Positions 1 through 14,529 of a stretch of 64,000 nt of DNA are shown piece by piece (position 1 is the stretch's first letter; every line of letters begins with the position of its first letter). The stretch is from Lytechinus pictus (Eukaryota), in contig NC_087252.1 in the NCBI RefSeq assembly GCF_037042905.1, forward strand, positions 21,144,001 through 21,208,000, read 5' to 3'. Both the position numbers and the translations under genes were made by a program. The notes under the pieces are model-generated. The model was not told the origin of the DNA. It saw only the letters and a list, made by a program, of their open reading frames with translations, and made no database searches.

Positions 1-2104
1 AGTATGTGGTCCTTTTTGGGGGGTTGCATGATTTATTTAAGAACCACAGTTTATCATAATATAGTTCATTAAATTGGCATAAATCACACCTTTTCCCTGG
101 CTTATTGTACACATCCATGTATCATTTTGCCACATCTCATATTTGTGTTGTTACAAATTATCAATCAAGTAAAAAGATGGCAAATCGTTGTAAAAAAAAT
201 TGTTACTTCCAAGCATCAAATGCAAACTTCAGAAAACAAATTTTGTGTACTTTTTAGTTTTATTTTACCTGGGATGTTTTTAATATAATTACTTCTTCTT
301 TTTCTATTACCATTTCAATTTTTTTCCTCAAGTTATTCATCTATCATATTTCATTGCAATTTCTTCCTGGTTTTATCTCTCAGATAACCATTTTATGTCT
401 GAATCAGAGTCTGACCGCATCAAGAAAAAAAACTACAAAATATGGAATAGACATCCCGAAGGTTTCTGCTTATTACTGGTACTACAAACCAACTTATGTA
501 ACTACCTGTTCTCTCATATTTCATGCGCTTTTATTCAATTGACACAATGGCTGAGTTACCCGAGTATGAGTCATGCAAACCAACTTAATATCATCAGTCA
601 TGCAAACATGTTAAATCCCTGCTTCCAAAGTCCGTTAAAAAGTAAAAGTACACCTGAGGCGTGTCTGGGAAGCCTGTGAAAGGCTTGGCGAGACTGAAGG
701 GAAAGGGATTTTATACCACAGCGCCATATTGGAGATTGATGATTATCGTTGGGAGCCATTCTCCGATACAGGTGGAATAGAATGAGTAAAAGCGGTGCTT
801 ACAGCCATGGACTTTCAAATAAAATAGTCCTAGGAAACATGATGACTTGGATGTGGACAGTTAGTTGAGAATGTCTTATATTTTCGGCAAATTTTCTGGG
901 ACCATTTTATTTGAAAGCTTGTGGTTATGAGCAATGCTCAATGCTCAATGATCCGCTCACGGCAAAAACTGTTGAGTCAATCGGTGTGTACACGTTGAGG
1001 ACCATATCAGTGCAAATCATGTTATTACCAATGCTGAATTTTCCCCTTTGTTTTGCATGTAATTTCATTTTTTAACGATAATTTTTGTTGTATTATGATA
1101 TACAAACATTATGATACAAACAACTTTTTTTTGGGGGGGGCTCTAATATTCTGGGCTATAGCAATGCAAGAAGCATTTTCAATGAGAAGTCAATCGGCCC
1201 CCATTTGAGACAGAAAAGGTTGTTTAAATCTGGAATATCTCATTAACCTTTCAGAAATGGCAACCGAAGAAACCATTTGAGAATGATCCCAGACAATTTG
1301 TCAGACAAATCTTGCAAAGGCCTCACATGAAAGGCTTCCCTGGCAACAAACGACTTAGCTTGAATCACATTTAATCCCATCCCATATTATAGAAGAAAGA
1401 GACTTGACGCAAAATTTTCTTTAATGATACAAATGTCACCATGGCAACAGAGTATACATTATAATGTACAACAATGCATAAACCTTGGCTTTGAAAAAAT
1501 GATTTCAGTATAAAACAGTTCTGATTGTCAAAATGTGTGCAAAGTTTAATAATTATCATCTACATGTGGTTATCATCCAAAATGTATGAATTTCTTTGCT
1601 TTATTACTAGGAAAAGTCTTCTGTCTGTCAGAGGCCTTTTGTCCATATATACCAATTTACATCAAACTATATATATAAAAAAAACAGTTAATGATGATCA
1701 TCTTTCCTTGTATATGTAGTAAGAATACAAATGAGTCAAGGGGCTTTGGTATTAAAAAAGAAAAGAAGATTAAAATGATGACCATCTAAAAAACCTTGGG
1801 AGTGGAGCTTTTTAGGTTGAATGTCTCTCACGTCAATTGGTCTAGATTTAACAATTTAATACATTTTAATCTTTGGAATCAAGAGGAGAATACAAAGCAA
1901 ATGCAGAAAAGTTTAAATGCTACTATTGTGGTCAGCATGTTTAGCCTTCGGGATAAGAGGACTTCGGAATACAAATCAGGTTTTATATAGAAGGTAGAAT
2001 TGGGTTCTTTACAAAAGTACTAATTTTCAATTATCCTCAAGTGATGTTACAATCACTTGAAACGTTTTCAGTCGGGTGAATAACCAAACCTGAAATGTAA
2101 ATGC

Positions 2105-2330
2105 ATGCCAATAACATTTGCATTATTCATCGTGATGTTTGCTTCATTTGTTCTTGCCATATTTCAAGAGAATAATTGTTTACGTAATTTGCATTTCATA
2201 GGAACGCTAGCATTCAGTATGCCAATAACATTTGTATAATTATTCATCATGATGTTTGCTTTCTTTGTTCTTGCAACATTTCAAGAGAATAATTTGTTTA
2301 CATAATTTGCTTTTCATAGGAACGCTAGCA
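2105..2330. repeat. Local tandem duplication, 2 copies of about 115 bp
   Basis: atgccaataacatttg...ttcataggaacgctagca occurs twice back to back with few differences. Confidence 0.8.
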
Positions 2331-2748
2331 AAGTGATCTTCCAAACTGGTTTCCTGAACCGATTTCCAGTAAACTAGATTTAGAAAGTATAATGAGAACG
2401 GTGTCTATCTTGTCAGTGTGCAGGTTACCGCATTCAGGATATTGGCGCAGGCAGGCAAGCATCGGATCTCTCGTCAGGTGCCATTTTCCACTTAATTGGT
2501 AGAAGCCCTATGAAATGGAATGCATCCGAGCAGAGAATGTGTGGATATTAGAGATTTTAAGATGGCAGACGGAAGGAAGGATGGAAGGAGGGAGGCGATG
2601 AAGGGATGGGTGGAATAAAGGAAGAGGGAATGGATATTTAGGAACAGTAAGAGGGAGGGCCCGGAGAGAGAGAGACAGGAGATTCCTTTACGTGCACCTG
2701 ATCACAACAATCCTGATATCTCCTGATTGGGAATTTTACCCCTATCAG

Positions 2749-2906
2749 GGGCCCGTTTCGTAAAGGACTTCCAACTGTTGTAACTTTGCCATAATGGCAA
2801 CTACCATGGTAACAGGACTCAGCAGCCAATCATAATCAAGGTTTCCATGGTAGTTGCCATATTGACATAGTTACAACAGTTGCAAGTCCTTTATCAAACG
2901 GGCCCC
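2749..2906. mobile_element. Palindromic MITE, PIF/Harbinger-like
   Basis: gggcccgtttcgtaaaggacttccaactgttgtaact at the left end is inverted as agttacaacagttgcaagtcctttatcaaacgggccc at the right end. Confidence 0.75.
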
Positions 2907-3098
2907 TGAAAATACCAAGGCCCCGGTTTTGCAAAGAGTTGCGATTGATCAAATCAATCACAAATAAGAAAAGCAAGCAATGCCAACACCAGTTTCAAAG
3001 TGTTTGACATATAATATAGACTGATGGGCATCATTGTGAAATCTTGTGAAATCTGGGTGCTCCAGTCTCTCTTAATTTCCTTATGTACCTCTTTCCTA

Positions 3099-3322
3099 CA
3101 CTGTAAAAACTGTGGTATTTAAACTGACACCAGTTTGTGTCGTATAGAGGACTACACCACGGGGTGTTAAAATTACACCCTAGAGATTGAACATAACACC
3201 AAAGAGTGTAAATATAACAACCAAAGGTGTTAAACTAACACTGTCAATTTAACACTGGAGTAAAATAACTGGTGTGGTCTTCTACATGTATGTGCACCGG
3301 TTAACACCACAGTTTTTGCTGT
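3099..3322. mobile_element. MITE with CAC(T/A) termini and TA flanks
   Basis: ta|cactgtaaaaactgtggt...accacagtttttgctgtg|ta inverted ends; internal acacc/ggtgt sub-repeats. Confidence 0.65.
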
Positions 3323-3498
3323 GTAAAATAATCAGAAATGTGAATCTTAGAGAGGGAATCTTAAATATTTGATTAACAAAATTTCAAAGTCATCTACGCT
3401 ACACTACACATATGATAAAGATATGTAAAATATTCAAACACAGACAATCTGAAAATGAGATTTACATAATGAGTGCAGGAAGAAAATGTATTGTTTAA

Positions 3499-4929
3499 AA
3501 AGGAAATTCACCCTGACAAAAAAATTTATTGTAAAAATAGCAGAAAAAATAATAAAAATATTGCTGAAGGTTAGAGAAAAATCCATCAAAGAATTAAAAA
3601 GTTATTAGAATTTTAATCATTTGATTTGTGATGTCACATGTGAGCAGCATTTTTACATAGCGAATGTTAATGTCATTTTCTCAGAAAATTGAAGATTGAT
3701 TTTTACTGTACCTTTTGTATATCAATAGACAATCATTTCACACCCGGTCATGAAAAGAAAACAACAAGTGGAATGCCTCTGGCCGTCTCACCTGCATCAC
3801 GCGATTCAATATAGCAGCAGTGCTGATTTTGAAAACTACTATAACTCGCACAAGATGTTCAGTGATACTTGGTTACTCTTATTTCCACGTTTATGAACTA
3901 GACCAATACACTTATAGAGATATGATGGCAATTCAACAAATACCCCCAACGTGGCCAAAGTTCTTTGACCTTACATGACCTTTGACCTTGATCATGTGAC
4001 CTGAAACTCGCACAGGATGTTCAGTGATACTTGATTACTATTATGTCCAAGTTTTATGAACTAGACCAACACACTTTCAAATTTATGGCTGTAATTCAAC
4101 AAATACCCCAATTTGGCCAAAGTTCATTGACCCTAAATGACCTTTGACCTTGATCATGTGACCTGAAACTTGCACAGGATGTTCAGTAATACTTGATTAC
4201 TATTATGTCCAAGTTTCATGAATCAGATCCATAAACTTTCAAAGTTATGATGGTAATTCAACAGATACCCCCAATTCGGCCAAAGTTCATTGACCCTAAA
4301 TGACCTTTGACCTTGGTCATGTGACGTGAAACTCATGCAGGATGTTCAGTGATACTTGATTAACCTTATGTATAAGTTTCATGAACTAGGTCCATATATT
4401 TTCAAAGTTATGATGACATTTCAAAAACTTAACCTTAGGTTAAGATTTTGATGTTGATTCCCCCAACATGGTCTAAGTTCATTGACCCTAAATGACCTTT
4501 GACCTTGGTCATGTGACATGAAACTCAGGCAGGATGTTCAGTAATACTTGATTAACCTTATGGCCAAGTTTCATGAACTAGGTCCATATACTTTCTAAGT
4601 TATGCTGTCATTTCAAAAACTTAACCTCAGGTTAAGATTTGGTGTTGACGCCGCCGTCGGAAAAGCGGCGCCTATAGTCTCACTCTGCTATGCAGGTGAG
4701 ACAAAAACAAGTCATCAGAAACCATTGAAAAAATGAAATTCATGCATGTCATATTACATAACATACATGTATGGGGCAGCTGCTCGTTTATGACGTCACA
4801 AATCCTAAACTTAAAACTGCAATAACTTTCTTTATCTTTTACAGATTTTCCTCAAACCTTCACCAATATTTTTTTACTATTTTTTCTGCTATTTTTACAA
4901 CAAATTTTTCTTCAGGGTGAACTTCCCCT
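3499..4929. mobile_element. Kolobok-like non-autonomous DNA transposon (TTAA target), interrupted by a nested element
   Basis: ttaa|aaaggaaattcaccctgac...tcagggtgaacttcccct|ttaa; long imperfect TIRs. Confidence 0.75.
3763..4705. mobile_element. Helentron/DINE-like non-autonomous element with central tandem repeats of about 150-180 bp
   Basis: Subterminal inverted motif gtctcacctgcat / atgcaggtgagac, terminal hairpin gtctcac...gtgagac, A-rich flanks, repeated tgacctttgaccttg(a/g)tcatgtgac...caggatgttcagt units. Confidence 0.65.
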
Positions 4930-7900
4930 TTAAAAATGAGGTTACACTGTAAATTTAAACATAAAACAGTCCTTTGAATGATAAGGGCAAATCTATCATT
5001 AACTTTCCCCGAAATCATAACTAAATGAATGTCTTCCTGTATTTATGGATTCCATGTACATGTACATGTTGAGAGGTAACGTGTACCCAAACAACAGATA
5101 ATATCATCATTTTTGCACGTCTTGAGGAAATTAATTATCCTAACAATCCAGAGTTTGATGTCATCTTCAATTACTCCGAACAGCTGCTATTATGAGAAAA
5201 TGTATTTTTATCAGAACTTATTAGTAATGAGGATTATCATAGAGTGTACAATGTACACACCCAAATTAATTTCCTATTAGAATTAAAAGAATTTCCACAA
5301 ACTATTTCCTAAACTTTTCTTCCTTTAGACACATTAAAGACTTTCCTATTCATACATTATTTTCTACATTTATTCATTCATTTATTTTTATACATTATAA
5401 TAGGCCAACATAATTTACAATTATTTACTTATTTATTCATTTATTACATTAATCTATCAATTAATTCATTCATTCATCTATTCCTTTATCCACTTATTCA
5501 TCTATTCATTTTTCATTAATTCCATTTTAATATTCATTTCCCTTTCAATTTTCAATTTACTTCATTCATTTTGTCAATTCCTTCAAAAAGAAAATCCTGC
5601 TTATCTATTAAATCAATAATACATTCATTCTTTTACTTCATTATTTTCTCTGCATATACATGTATTTCTTACAAATTAATGAATTTTGAGTTTGTTTTCT
5701 AATCTCCCACAGTCCCACATGAAAAAGCTTCACTTGCACTCTAGTTAAACCTAATAGATATTACATTTTTTTCATCAAAACAGGATTTGAAAATATCTAC
5801 ACCCTGTAGTCCATTTTATAAACAGCTGCCATGTATAAATGCAAACCTCAATAACATCTTCATTTGTTCATACACATATTTCAAAATTCTGTATTTTTTT
5901 TCTTAAAGTAGTCAGCATTTGACCTAAATTTACCTGTAGGCCCTGCACATTCAAACTACTACCCTTCACCATGTTTGTGTACATTTTAATTGAATTCATT
6001 TTTTTGTGTCGTCGATATCTGGCGTGATACGGAGTGCTGATAAATAGCGGTCATACCCTGAAGGTGCACAGGATGTTGAATAGATTCCATTCAAAGAAGA
6101 ATTAAGGCATTCCTACGCTCGCTCCAAACATCAATCAAAAACTCAAATTTCGTGGATCGGTTCGATACCGCCTGGTCCAATATTGGCTGTGACATTGGCG
6201 CTAGTCTACACCATCCCAGACCTTATTACATGTAGCTCTCCACATATGCTTATCTCACATGTGTTTGTCTATGAATGTTTCATTGATTGCCTAATTCTAT
6301 GATCTAAAAATTGTAGAAAAGAATGATTGCCGTAATTTTCTTATAATTAAGAAAGGTAGTGTTGGGAGCATATTTTTAATAGTTTACACTGAAATATATA
6401 TGTACAGCCATTGAACTTCATACATATACATGTACATGTATGTCAATGGCAATATGGCATACTTGTTAAAGTTGTACCTGAAAAAAAAATTCTGTCAATA
6501 CAGTATAACGAACCAGTATTGAGATGATGTACTGTAATATATATCCCTTTGGCATTATGAATATGACATTGGTGCCATATTGCAAAACATGAAAATGCAG
6601 GTCCCATCCTGAATCTATTGAAAAAAAAAACATTGCCATCTACAATTGCCGTAAGATTTTTTTAAAAAGGTTTGATCGTTAAAGACTAGACCTACAAACC
6701 TGGGATGTAATAACACCGCGCAACAGCCTTATCGTGTAAATGAACTTGTATCGCTAAAGTTCAGGGTGGCATGCTACAATAGAGAGCACACAAAGGATTC
6801 TATCAAACCAAGGGGTAATAATATTGTCCGAAAGGTCCGTAAACACCTGCCCTATTACAAGAAAGTGCACAATATGCGCCAAAACAGGGGTAATTTTCGG
6901 CAGCTTTTCATCGTGGGTGTCGAACGTGACAGCCCAATAGAGATCGCAGCCTCGGGAAGAGATCTGTGGGAAAAAGAATTCCATCTTCGCTTTCGCATTG
7001 CAACGAAACAGAGTTAATACTGCATTGCAGTTCTGTTTTATACATCAAGTTAAACATTGAAAAAAACCTAGTCCAGACGAATGTTTTATTTAAACTGTAT
7101 TAAAAAAGCATTTCATTCATTCAATGTTATTTTCTTTATTAAAATAATACGAGCAAGTTTATGCAGTCTACATATAAAACATTCCTACAAAACTGTAAAA
7201 TTCATATTGAATATCCATGATCTTTTTTTCAAGATTTCATGTTACTTGGTAGTTGGGTCCATGGTCTAAATAATTTTTAATGAGGGCACTTTGAAGTTTG
7301 AACTCAACTTGTAATTAGGAAGACTGGGCAAGCATTACTTGGTAATAAACTCAAATACATGTAAATGTAGTAACACACACAGCTCTCAGAAATTATGGAC
7401 CCACATGTAACTGTAAAGTAGATCTCTTGCATTCAAAAATGTACTAAACCAATAGCCCCCCTCCCTCACCGCCCCAAATATTTCCCCAAAGTTCTCACAC
7501 ATGATTTAGTGTTTCATACCTGAAATTAAATATCAATTTCTTCATGAATTTGGACCAAATAGTTGCCTAATCTAAATGGACTTTAAAACGGAAGAACTGG
7601 TGCAATTGGTTCTATTTGGAAGATCGAACAATGTACATTGAAGAGTTCACTTTGCGGTGGTACATCAATGCTTGTTTACTACATCCCGGGAGCGACTGGG
7701 GCTATTCTTTTATAGGAAAGACAGGAGTTCGGGGGTACAATACAAACCCATCCCATTTAGCGAGGATAAGTAGGCAAATTGGTTTTAGAAAAAGGTGGAC
7801 TGGGTTATTTTTCCCACAGCCTTGATGTCTGTTTAGAAGTAGAAGCAAGGCTCTTTTATGAAAGTTTGTCTGAAGGTTCAACCATGGACCTATTCAACAA

Positions 7901-9049
7901 AGATTGCAAGCATATTCTTGCAAATTGGCTCTTACAAATGAATACTTATTATCAGCATTTACATGTACATGATGAATTGATGATTGTTGTTGAAGAAAAC
8001 ATTCTGAAAATTGAACCTTTGGAAATAAAAAATAATTTTAATGTAGAACGACTACAGTTGAATGTTTCCGGGCAATTTTGTTTATTGGTGGGGTACTTTT
8101 CATGACAGAATGCCTGAATCTGTAACATTGGTTTAAGCTTTAAAATTGCAGCGAATTAACCATTTCGGGAATCTTTTTTAAAAATATTTTCCAGGGCTCC
8201 TTTGAGCTTTTCAGAGGCAAAATCACCTTAAGGCCCTGTGTATTTTTCCCCTGATTGTTGTTTACTTTGTGATTGCTTTTGGGCGATGCCTCACACAGAC
8301 ACAAGCAGTTTGATTTTTCAAGAGGTCAAGCAATATTTTACGATTAAGATTTTTGTTTATATTTCATATGGTATAATAAATTGAAATTGGAAAATTGAAT
8401 CAGTTTGGTTGGGAACGTGGGCACAACAATGATAAAATAGATGAGATGGTAGCCCCTATAAAGCATTCAATTATTGGTTAATACACATACTGAACACTGT
8501 ACATCTCACCTGGGTTGAGCACAGTATGATTTTGATTAATCATAGTATACTACCCAAATATGCTTCAAAATGATTTTCTTTGAAAATGAAAGTGAGTCAT
8601 TGATTAGATAACGGCTTAACAGCCAGCAATATTTATTACAAGTTAATGATATGAGAGGATTTCCCCCACAGACAAACAAGTATTGTTTGTCTGTTTCTGA
8701 GAGCATGAAGTCACTTGCCACTCAATCTCTTTGTCCTTTGAAAGAAAAAAGAAAAGCTGTCCAACAGCCTGATTCAGTGACAGTCTACACCACAAATATA
8801 ATCTATAAGTGCCCACAGAGAGTGTCTAAAATGCTTATTAGTTTGGATGATTTGTAGGAAACATGGATACAGGTTTATTCACTGGTACTTTACACACTGC
8901 AAAAAGCCAACAACAAAAAAGTTGTTTACAATTTTAAACAACACTTAATTGTTAAAAGATTTCAAAGAAGTTGTTTTAAAAAGTTGTTAAAAACTTGAAA
9001 TACATGTAGTTAATTGACAGGCTTTAAACAGTGTTGCTTAACATTCTCA

Positions 9050-9460
9050 CCAGTGACCCGTTCTCCTTACCGTCCTAATAATGGTTTACTGGAAACTAGT
9101 TTAACGTGTAAGGAGAATGGTCAAAGCAGTCTTGGAAGCGATCTTCTTCAGAAAACCACCCCGCGATGTAGTTTTCAAGATCGCTTTGCCTCATTAAACT
9201 GGTTTTAACTTGAGGACACAACCATTTTTCATGGAGCGATCTTCGTACATGTTGTGTGGAGAATGACTACGCTGCGATTTCAAATTTCGCGAAAAACTGA
9301 GAGGGTACCCATAGCAACAAGATCATTTTCTGTGAAGTGGTTTTGAAAATCACTTTTGGCTGATCAAATGGGAATGCTAGAAAAGCGATCTTCCGAACTG
9401 GTTTCCTGAAACGGTTTCCAGTAAACTAATTTTAAAGTTTGTCATGAGAATGCTGTCAGT
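9050..9460. mobile_element. MITE; a fragment of the same family lies at about 2320-2405
   Basis: Inverted ends ccgttctcc.../...gagaatgctg; aactggtttcctgaa..tttccagtaaacta is shared with 2340-2380. Confidence 0.55.
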
Positions 9461-10590
9461 GTTGAACTACAGTGCATGGATCCAGACAGGCTGTGCATAT
9501 GAAGCAGTCAAGCTCTGGATTTAATTTGTATCCTCGCTCTGGATTTATTTTTCATCTCGAAGGATTTAAAACTCTAAATTCAATTTCAAATCTTTACAGA
9601 TTCAACCTTAATCCGGCGCTTGGGTTGTTCACTATAAACAGCCGATCTGCATTCAAATCCATGTAATTTAATGAATAAATTTATTTATTCATTGATTTTA
9701 TGTTGCCCTGTAAAATGTTCATCAAGAACAGATACATGTATCATTGGGGTATTGTTGTAACTATTTTCCTTTTTATCAATAAAAGGTGATTCATGGGAAT
9801 AATTTTCCTGGTATTGCATCGCAATTTGCTCCACATTTTTGAAAGACTGCTATGCATAAAGTCTTTTGTATAGCATATCTTTACATAGGACTGTACATAA
9901 TTACTTTATAGTTGAGAGCTTTTCTCTTATGACCAGAACTGCTATTCAAATTTGTATCGCAAAGTTATTCCCTGGATTCATAAAAAAGGCCTACTATAAA
10001 ATAGAAAAGTTAAGAATCATTTCGGCCATCAGAACTTTAACTGTATGTGTAGGCCTACTTACAAGGCCAACTCATACCTATCATAATGTAGGCTATGTTG
10101 CATCATAGAGCTATTACTATGGTTGCATGTTGGAATACTCATTTCACTTCTTCCAGACATTATTAGCATGTGAGGTATATGATTTATTTATAAACCTGCA
10201 GCACTCACTGCTTTTAAGTTTAAAAGTAAATGCTGCATTGTATATATTTACTCAGTCATCACACAAGTGACACAATACAAAGTCTACCCTATTGCAAACA
10301 AACACTTAATAGTTTGAGAGGTTAAACTTTAAACTATCAACTTGACTTAACTGTGTAAATAAACAGAAATCAACTTAAGGCATGACAGAATGTGTTTCTT
10401 TGCTATGAATTTATAATGATGTGAGATAATGAACATACATGTATGTATGGTGGTAAGAATTTAGGCCCTAATATACCAAAAAGCTGACATGGATGGCGTC
10501 AATGTTTATGTAAGGCTACAAAACTTGATACAGTGACTGGTGAAATAAAGGCCTGAAAAATATGAAAAGCGATTCTCTACATGTAACTAA

Positions 10591-10750
10591 TACCTCGGTC
10601 ACATTTGCTCTACGGCGGCCGTACGGCGAGTCGAAAACAGCCGTTTTATTCATTTTTATTCAAACCACCTATTCAGTTGGTACTAAACATGTTAAAACGG
10701 CTGTTTTCGACTCACTGTACGGCCGCCGTAGAACAAATATGACCAAGGTA
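10591..10750. mobile_element. Harbinger-type MITE with TAA target duplication
   Basis: taa|tacctcggtcacatttgctctacggcggccgtac...gtacggccgccgtagaacaaatatgaccaaggta|taa. Confidence 0.85.
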
Positions 10751-12426
10751 TAAGGAGTCACCTGAACCTGCAGGTAACAGCCCACTGATTTTAATCCTTA
10801 ATTCTAAACGGGGAAAAACTCCGGATTCCGATATGAAAAACTAAAATAAATCTTCCTTTATTCCATGCTGCTGTCTCATCACACGCTTCTATAGAATCTT
10901 CTACACACCGATCACCCATCAATCTTCCACAGTCAAACACCAAAACATTTCACACTGCCAGTTTATAAGCCTAACGCAAACATACGCAGCTGCAGCAATT
11001 ATACAAAGAAATCCATCTTCTAAAAGGGAATCACACAATCGCCACACCAGCGCACAATGTGCATCTTCTTCATGTTTATCTTTATTGTGTCAATGCTAAG
11101 ATGTCAAGTGATACTGCAAGAAGTGCCCGCTTTGTTAGAGGTTTTGTTTTAGCGGAAAGCTCCTTCAGGGTGTTGTAAGGTTTATTTGCCCTAAGGCCCA
11201 AGGAAAGCATAGGGCCTACATACATGTACACAACGATGTCTCTTTCTCACATGTGGCTGTACCTGTATGAACAATAAGTTAAACCTAACCTCATAAGATT
11301 TTTTCTTTCTTTTAAAGATTTTAGTCTTCCAAGAATTCTGTACACATAATTGGAAAATCACCCAAATGAAAAAGGTTTTTTTTCTTTAAAAGGATACTAA
11401 AGATCCCAGATTTCTGTACACTTTATAGTGAATCATCCATATCAAGAAGGCTTCCTATATGTTACCATAATAAATGGGCTTAAAAAATATAACAGTAAAT
11501 GGGAAATGTTTCAGGAGTCAGGGCACCAAAGTTGATGGTAATGATTAAGAGATGGATTAACTCTGTCGAATGTAGAAAATTTGGGGGGGGGGGCATGGGG
11601 GCACCGACCCCCCCCCCCCCAAGAAAAAGTTAGAACTAAGAAAGAGGAGTAAAAGACAAAAATCATTTTCCAAATTGTTGAAAATAGAAATCACAAATTT
11701 AGATTTATACAATGTATTTCATTTCAAAACGGTTGAATCTTCCAGTCGTTCGATCGCAAATTTTTATACATTTTTGCCCTTTAGAATCTTTAGATTTTTT
11801 TCTTGGGTGTGGGGGGGGGGTTCTTTACACCACTGAATGTACATGTACATGGGTTACAGTGATCATAGCAAACATGTCTGTCACAATTTTTACAATATGA
11901 AACTACCGAAACACCAGTCCCCCCCCCCACCCTCCCCCTTCATCCCCAGGGCCTATAAAACCAACAACTAAAACATGTTAAAGTGCAGCACACTTAGTAA
12001 TGTACAAAACCAATCAAGTTTCAACAAAGGCTGATGTTATTCTTGTTAGATTATAAAAAGAGTACATCAGAAATCAATTTTTGCAAACATATAGTAGTCA
12101 ATTATGACCGATTTCCAACCAAAAATAAATTAAGAAGTTTACCAACCAATTGTCCATTGCTTGAATGGGCAACCATGAGTCTACTTACATGTACTAGATA
12201 CAACTAGCCAACTAATCATTAGGCATTAATGGATCCCAATGACATAAAAGCTTTGTCTGGGGATTATCCAAGGATTGAGGATTAACTGAATAGGAACGAG
12301 ACAAGACCCTAAAGAAGTTCAAAGAAGAGAGGGTCTTTTTGTTTTGGAAGATTGATCATCTTAAGATCCTTATCCTAATCAGGTTCTAAAGAGCTATTCA
12401 GATTGGCTTTTGATGCAAGCATAGAC

Positions 12427-13510
12427 CAGTCAGACCGCAGGTCCCTATGCTAATGAGCAAAAAGGCCAGATTCATCCAAATCATCTCGTGACTGAATCCT
12501 CCTCCTTGCAAAATCTCGTGATTCGTGAGATTTTCTTTCTCTAAGAATTTACCTGTTTTAACCTCAAGTTAAATGAAATATTAATGCACCATCAGATAGA
12601 GTAAAAGTTACTCTTTCATATTGGTCATTTATTTTGTATACAATATTTTGTTCAATAAGTAAATTTCTGGCCTGAAAATGTGCCTCAAAACTGAATTTTC
12701 TTCCTCTGTTTTCTTTTGCAAATTGTGCAAAACTTTTTATTTTGAGCCTCAATGATATCTATATCACCATAAAGCTGAATTTCTGTACTTTCTCACAATA
12801 CCACTCTTGATATGCGGCACCTTTTAATCGGGTCAAGATCACACTTTTCCCAACAAGGTACAAGACGAGATTTCTGAAATTTTGTACTTGCATGAAATCC
12901 AGAGTTCTGATTGGCTGGATAAGGTTCACAGAACCACAGACGCGGGGTATTTGAGGAGATTACCACATGGGAAGTGTGACCTTCCCACTAACCCAGGCAC
13001 TGGGACCGTTGGAATTTGCCATTGTGTGGTCTCTTTGACCAATCAGAGTGCAGTATTCTTGTTTTCAAACTGCTTTATGTACTTGGCAAATGAAAAGTGT
13101 GATCTTGACCCGATTAAACCAATTCTTATTTTGAAACCTATATCATTTCAAAGCATACATATTCAGCTTTATCATGATATAAAAATCATTTGGGCTCAAA
13201 CAAAAATAAAGTGTGAAAATAGCAGCTTTTGTCAGGTGAAAATATTTCTTTTGTAGCATATTTTAGATCAAAATTTTAACCTATATTACAAAATCTTTGA
13301 ATAAATCCAAACACATGACCTGAAAGAATGATTCTTCTTCTTTACAATGGTACCAAATTCATGAAATTCGATGCACAATTAGAGCAGTAATGACCGAATG
13401 AAAAGAGGTGTTTTGGTCCGCATCAAGCTCATTAAATATGCAAAACATCTCAAGTCATGAATATCACTTGGATGAAAGAAGCCACTTTCTTGGGACCTGC
13501 AGTCTGACTG
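12427..13510. mobile_element. Foldback non-autonomous DNA transposon with a 5-bp TSD (TAGAC)
   Basis: tagac|cagtcagaccgcaggtccc...gggacctgcagtctgactg|tagac; internal inverted blocks (aatcgggtcaagatcacactttt / aaaagtgtgatcttgacccgatt). Confidence 0.8.
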
Positions 13511-14126
13511 TAGACAACCCCTCCCCCACACTCCCTTCCAGTTACATGCTCCCATGTAGACAAGTATCTAATCAGTGTGGATTGTAAACAGGGCAGCTTG
13601 GTTTATTTGCTCCGGTATAGACCACATTTATCATGTTTTACAGGTACATGTAGATTATGTTCTGTGGTATTAAGTACACATGTACATGTATGCCCTCAGT
13701 GTGGATGTGGGTTAAGTGGTTTACTTTCTACAATCAATGTGCTAGACCAATGAAATGCTTCTTTTAATATCATTCACACATACAGATGGTATTCTCAGCA
13801 AGTCAGCCTTCCGCCATGGTTTCAATTTTATCAATAGCTTACATGTACCTTTGAATTCATTTCCGTTGTATAATCGATTGGAAAATAATCTCACTCAAAT
13901 GTCACCCTCATGTCAATTATATTTCAATTTCAAATTTCATGTTTTAAGAATGTATCTTGGTTTGGGAAAGGTGTGGAAAAGGTCCCTGAACATGTATGTA
14001 CAATCCAGATCGAAGTTTTCTATATCCATGCTCTACCCATGCCACTCAACGCCAAATAAATTTAGGTACCAACGTTTGGATACAGAGGGGCAATTAAGTT
14101 GTGTATAACTTTATGCCTACTTCCAA

Positions 14127-14529
14127 GAGGCAGTGCTGCACCATCCCGAGTTTGCTCAATCTCGAGATTTTAGCCCGATTGGCCCTCTTCACTATTAATC
14201 TCGAGATTCAAGAAACCCCGTCTCCACCATCGCAAGAAGAGCGATTCCTGCTCGAGCGAGGCATTGATGCATTATGGTCTGACGCCGTGAATAAATAATC
14301 CCGAGTGCGTCTGCACCTATGAATTAGCGCCATAATTCGTAAAATAGCGCGCTATTTTGCAAATAATCCCAAGTTGACTTGGGATTGCGATCTCGAGATT
14401 AATCCTACGAACTACTTCGATAATTGCGTCTCCATTGCAAATAATCTCGAGATTGTTCAGATCGGGATAATATGCCAGATCAGAAATAGCGCGCTAATTT
14501 GAAAACTCGGGATGGTGCAGACGGCCCTC
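14127..14529. mobile_element. MITE
   Basis: ctgcaccatcccgagttt / aaactcgggatggtgcag TIRs; internal aatctcgagatt palindromes. Confidence 0.75.

Noticed and set aside
6754..7017. Overlapping ORFs and a ttttcccacag acceptor as a possible exon 2 of the APP-like gene
   Set aside because: No recognisable domain or APP E1 motifs and no convincing donor; may be non-coding
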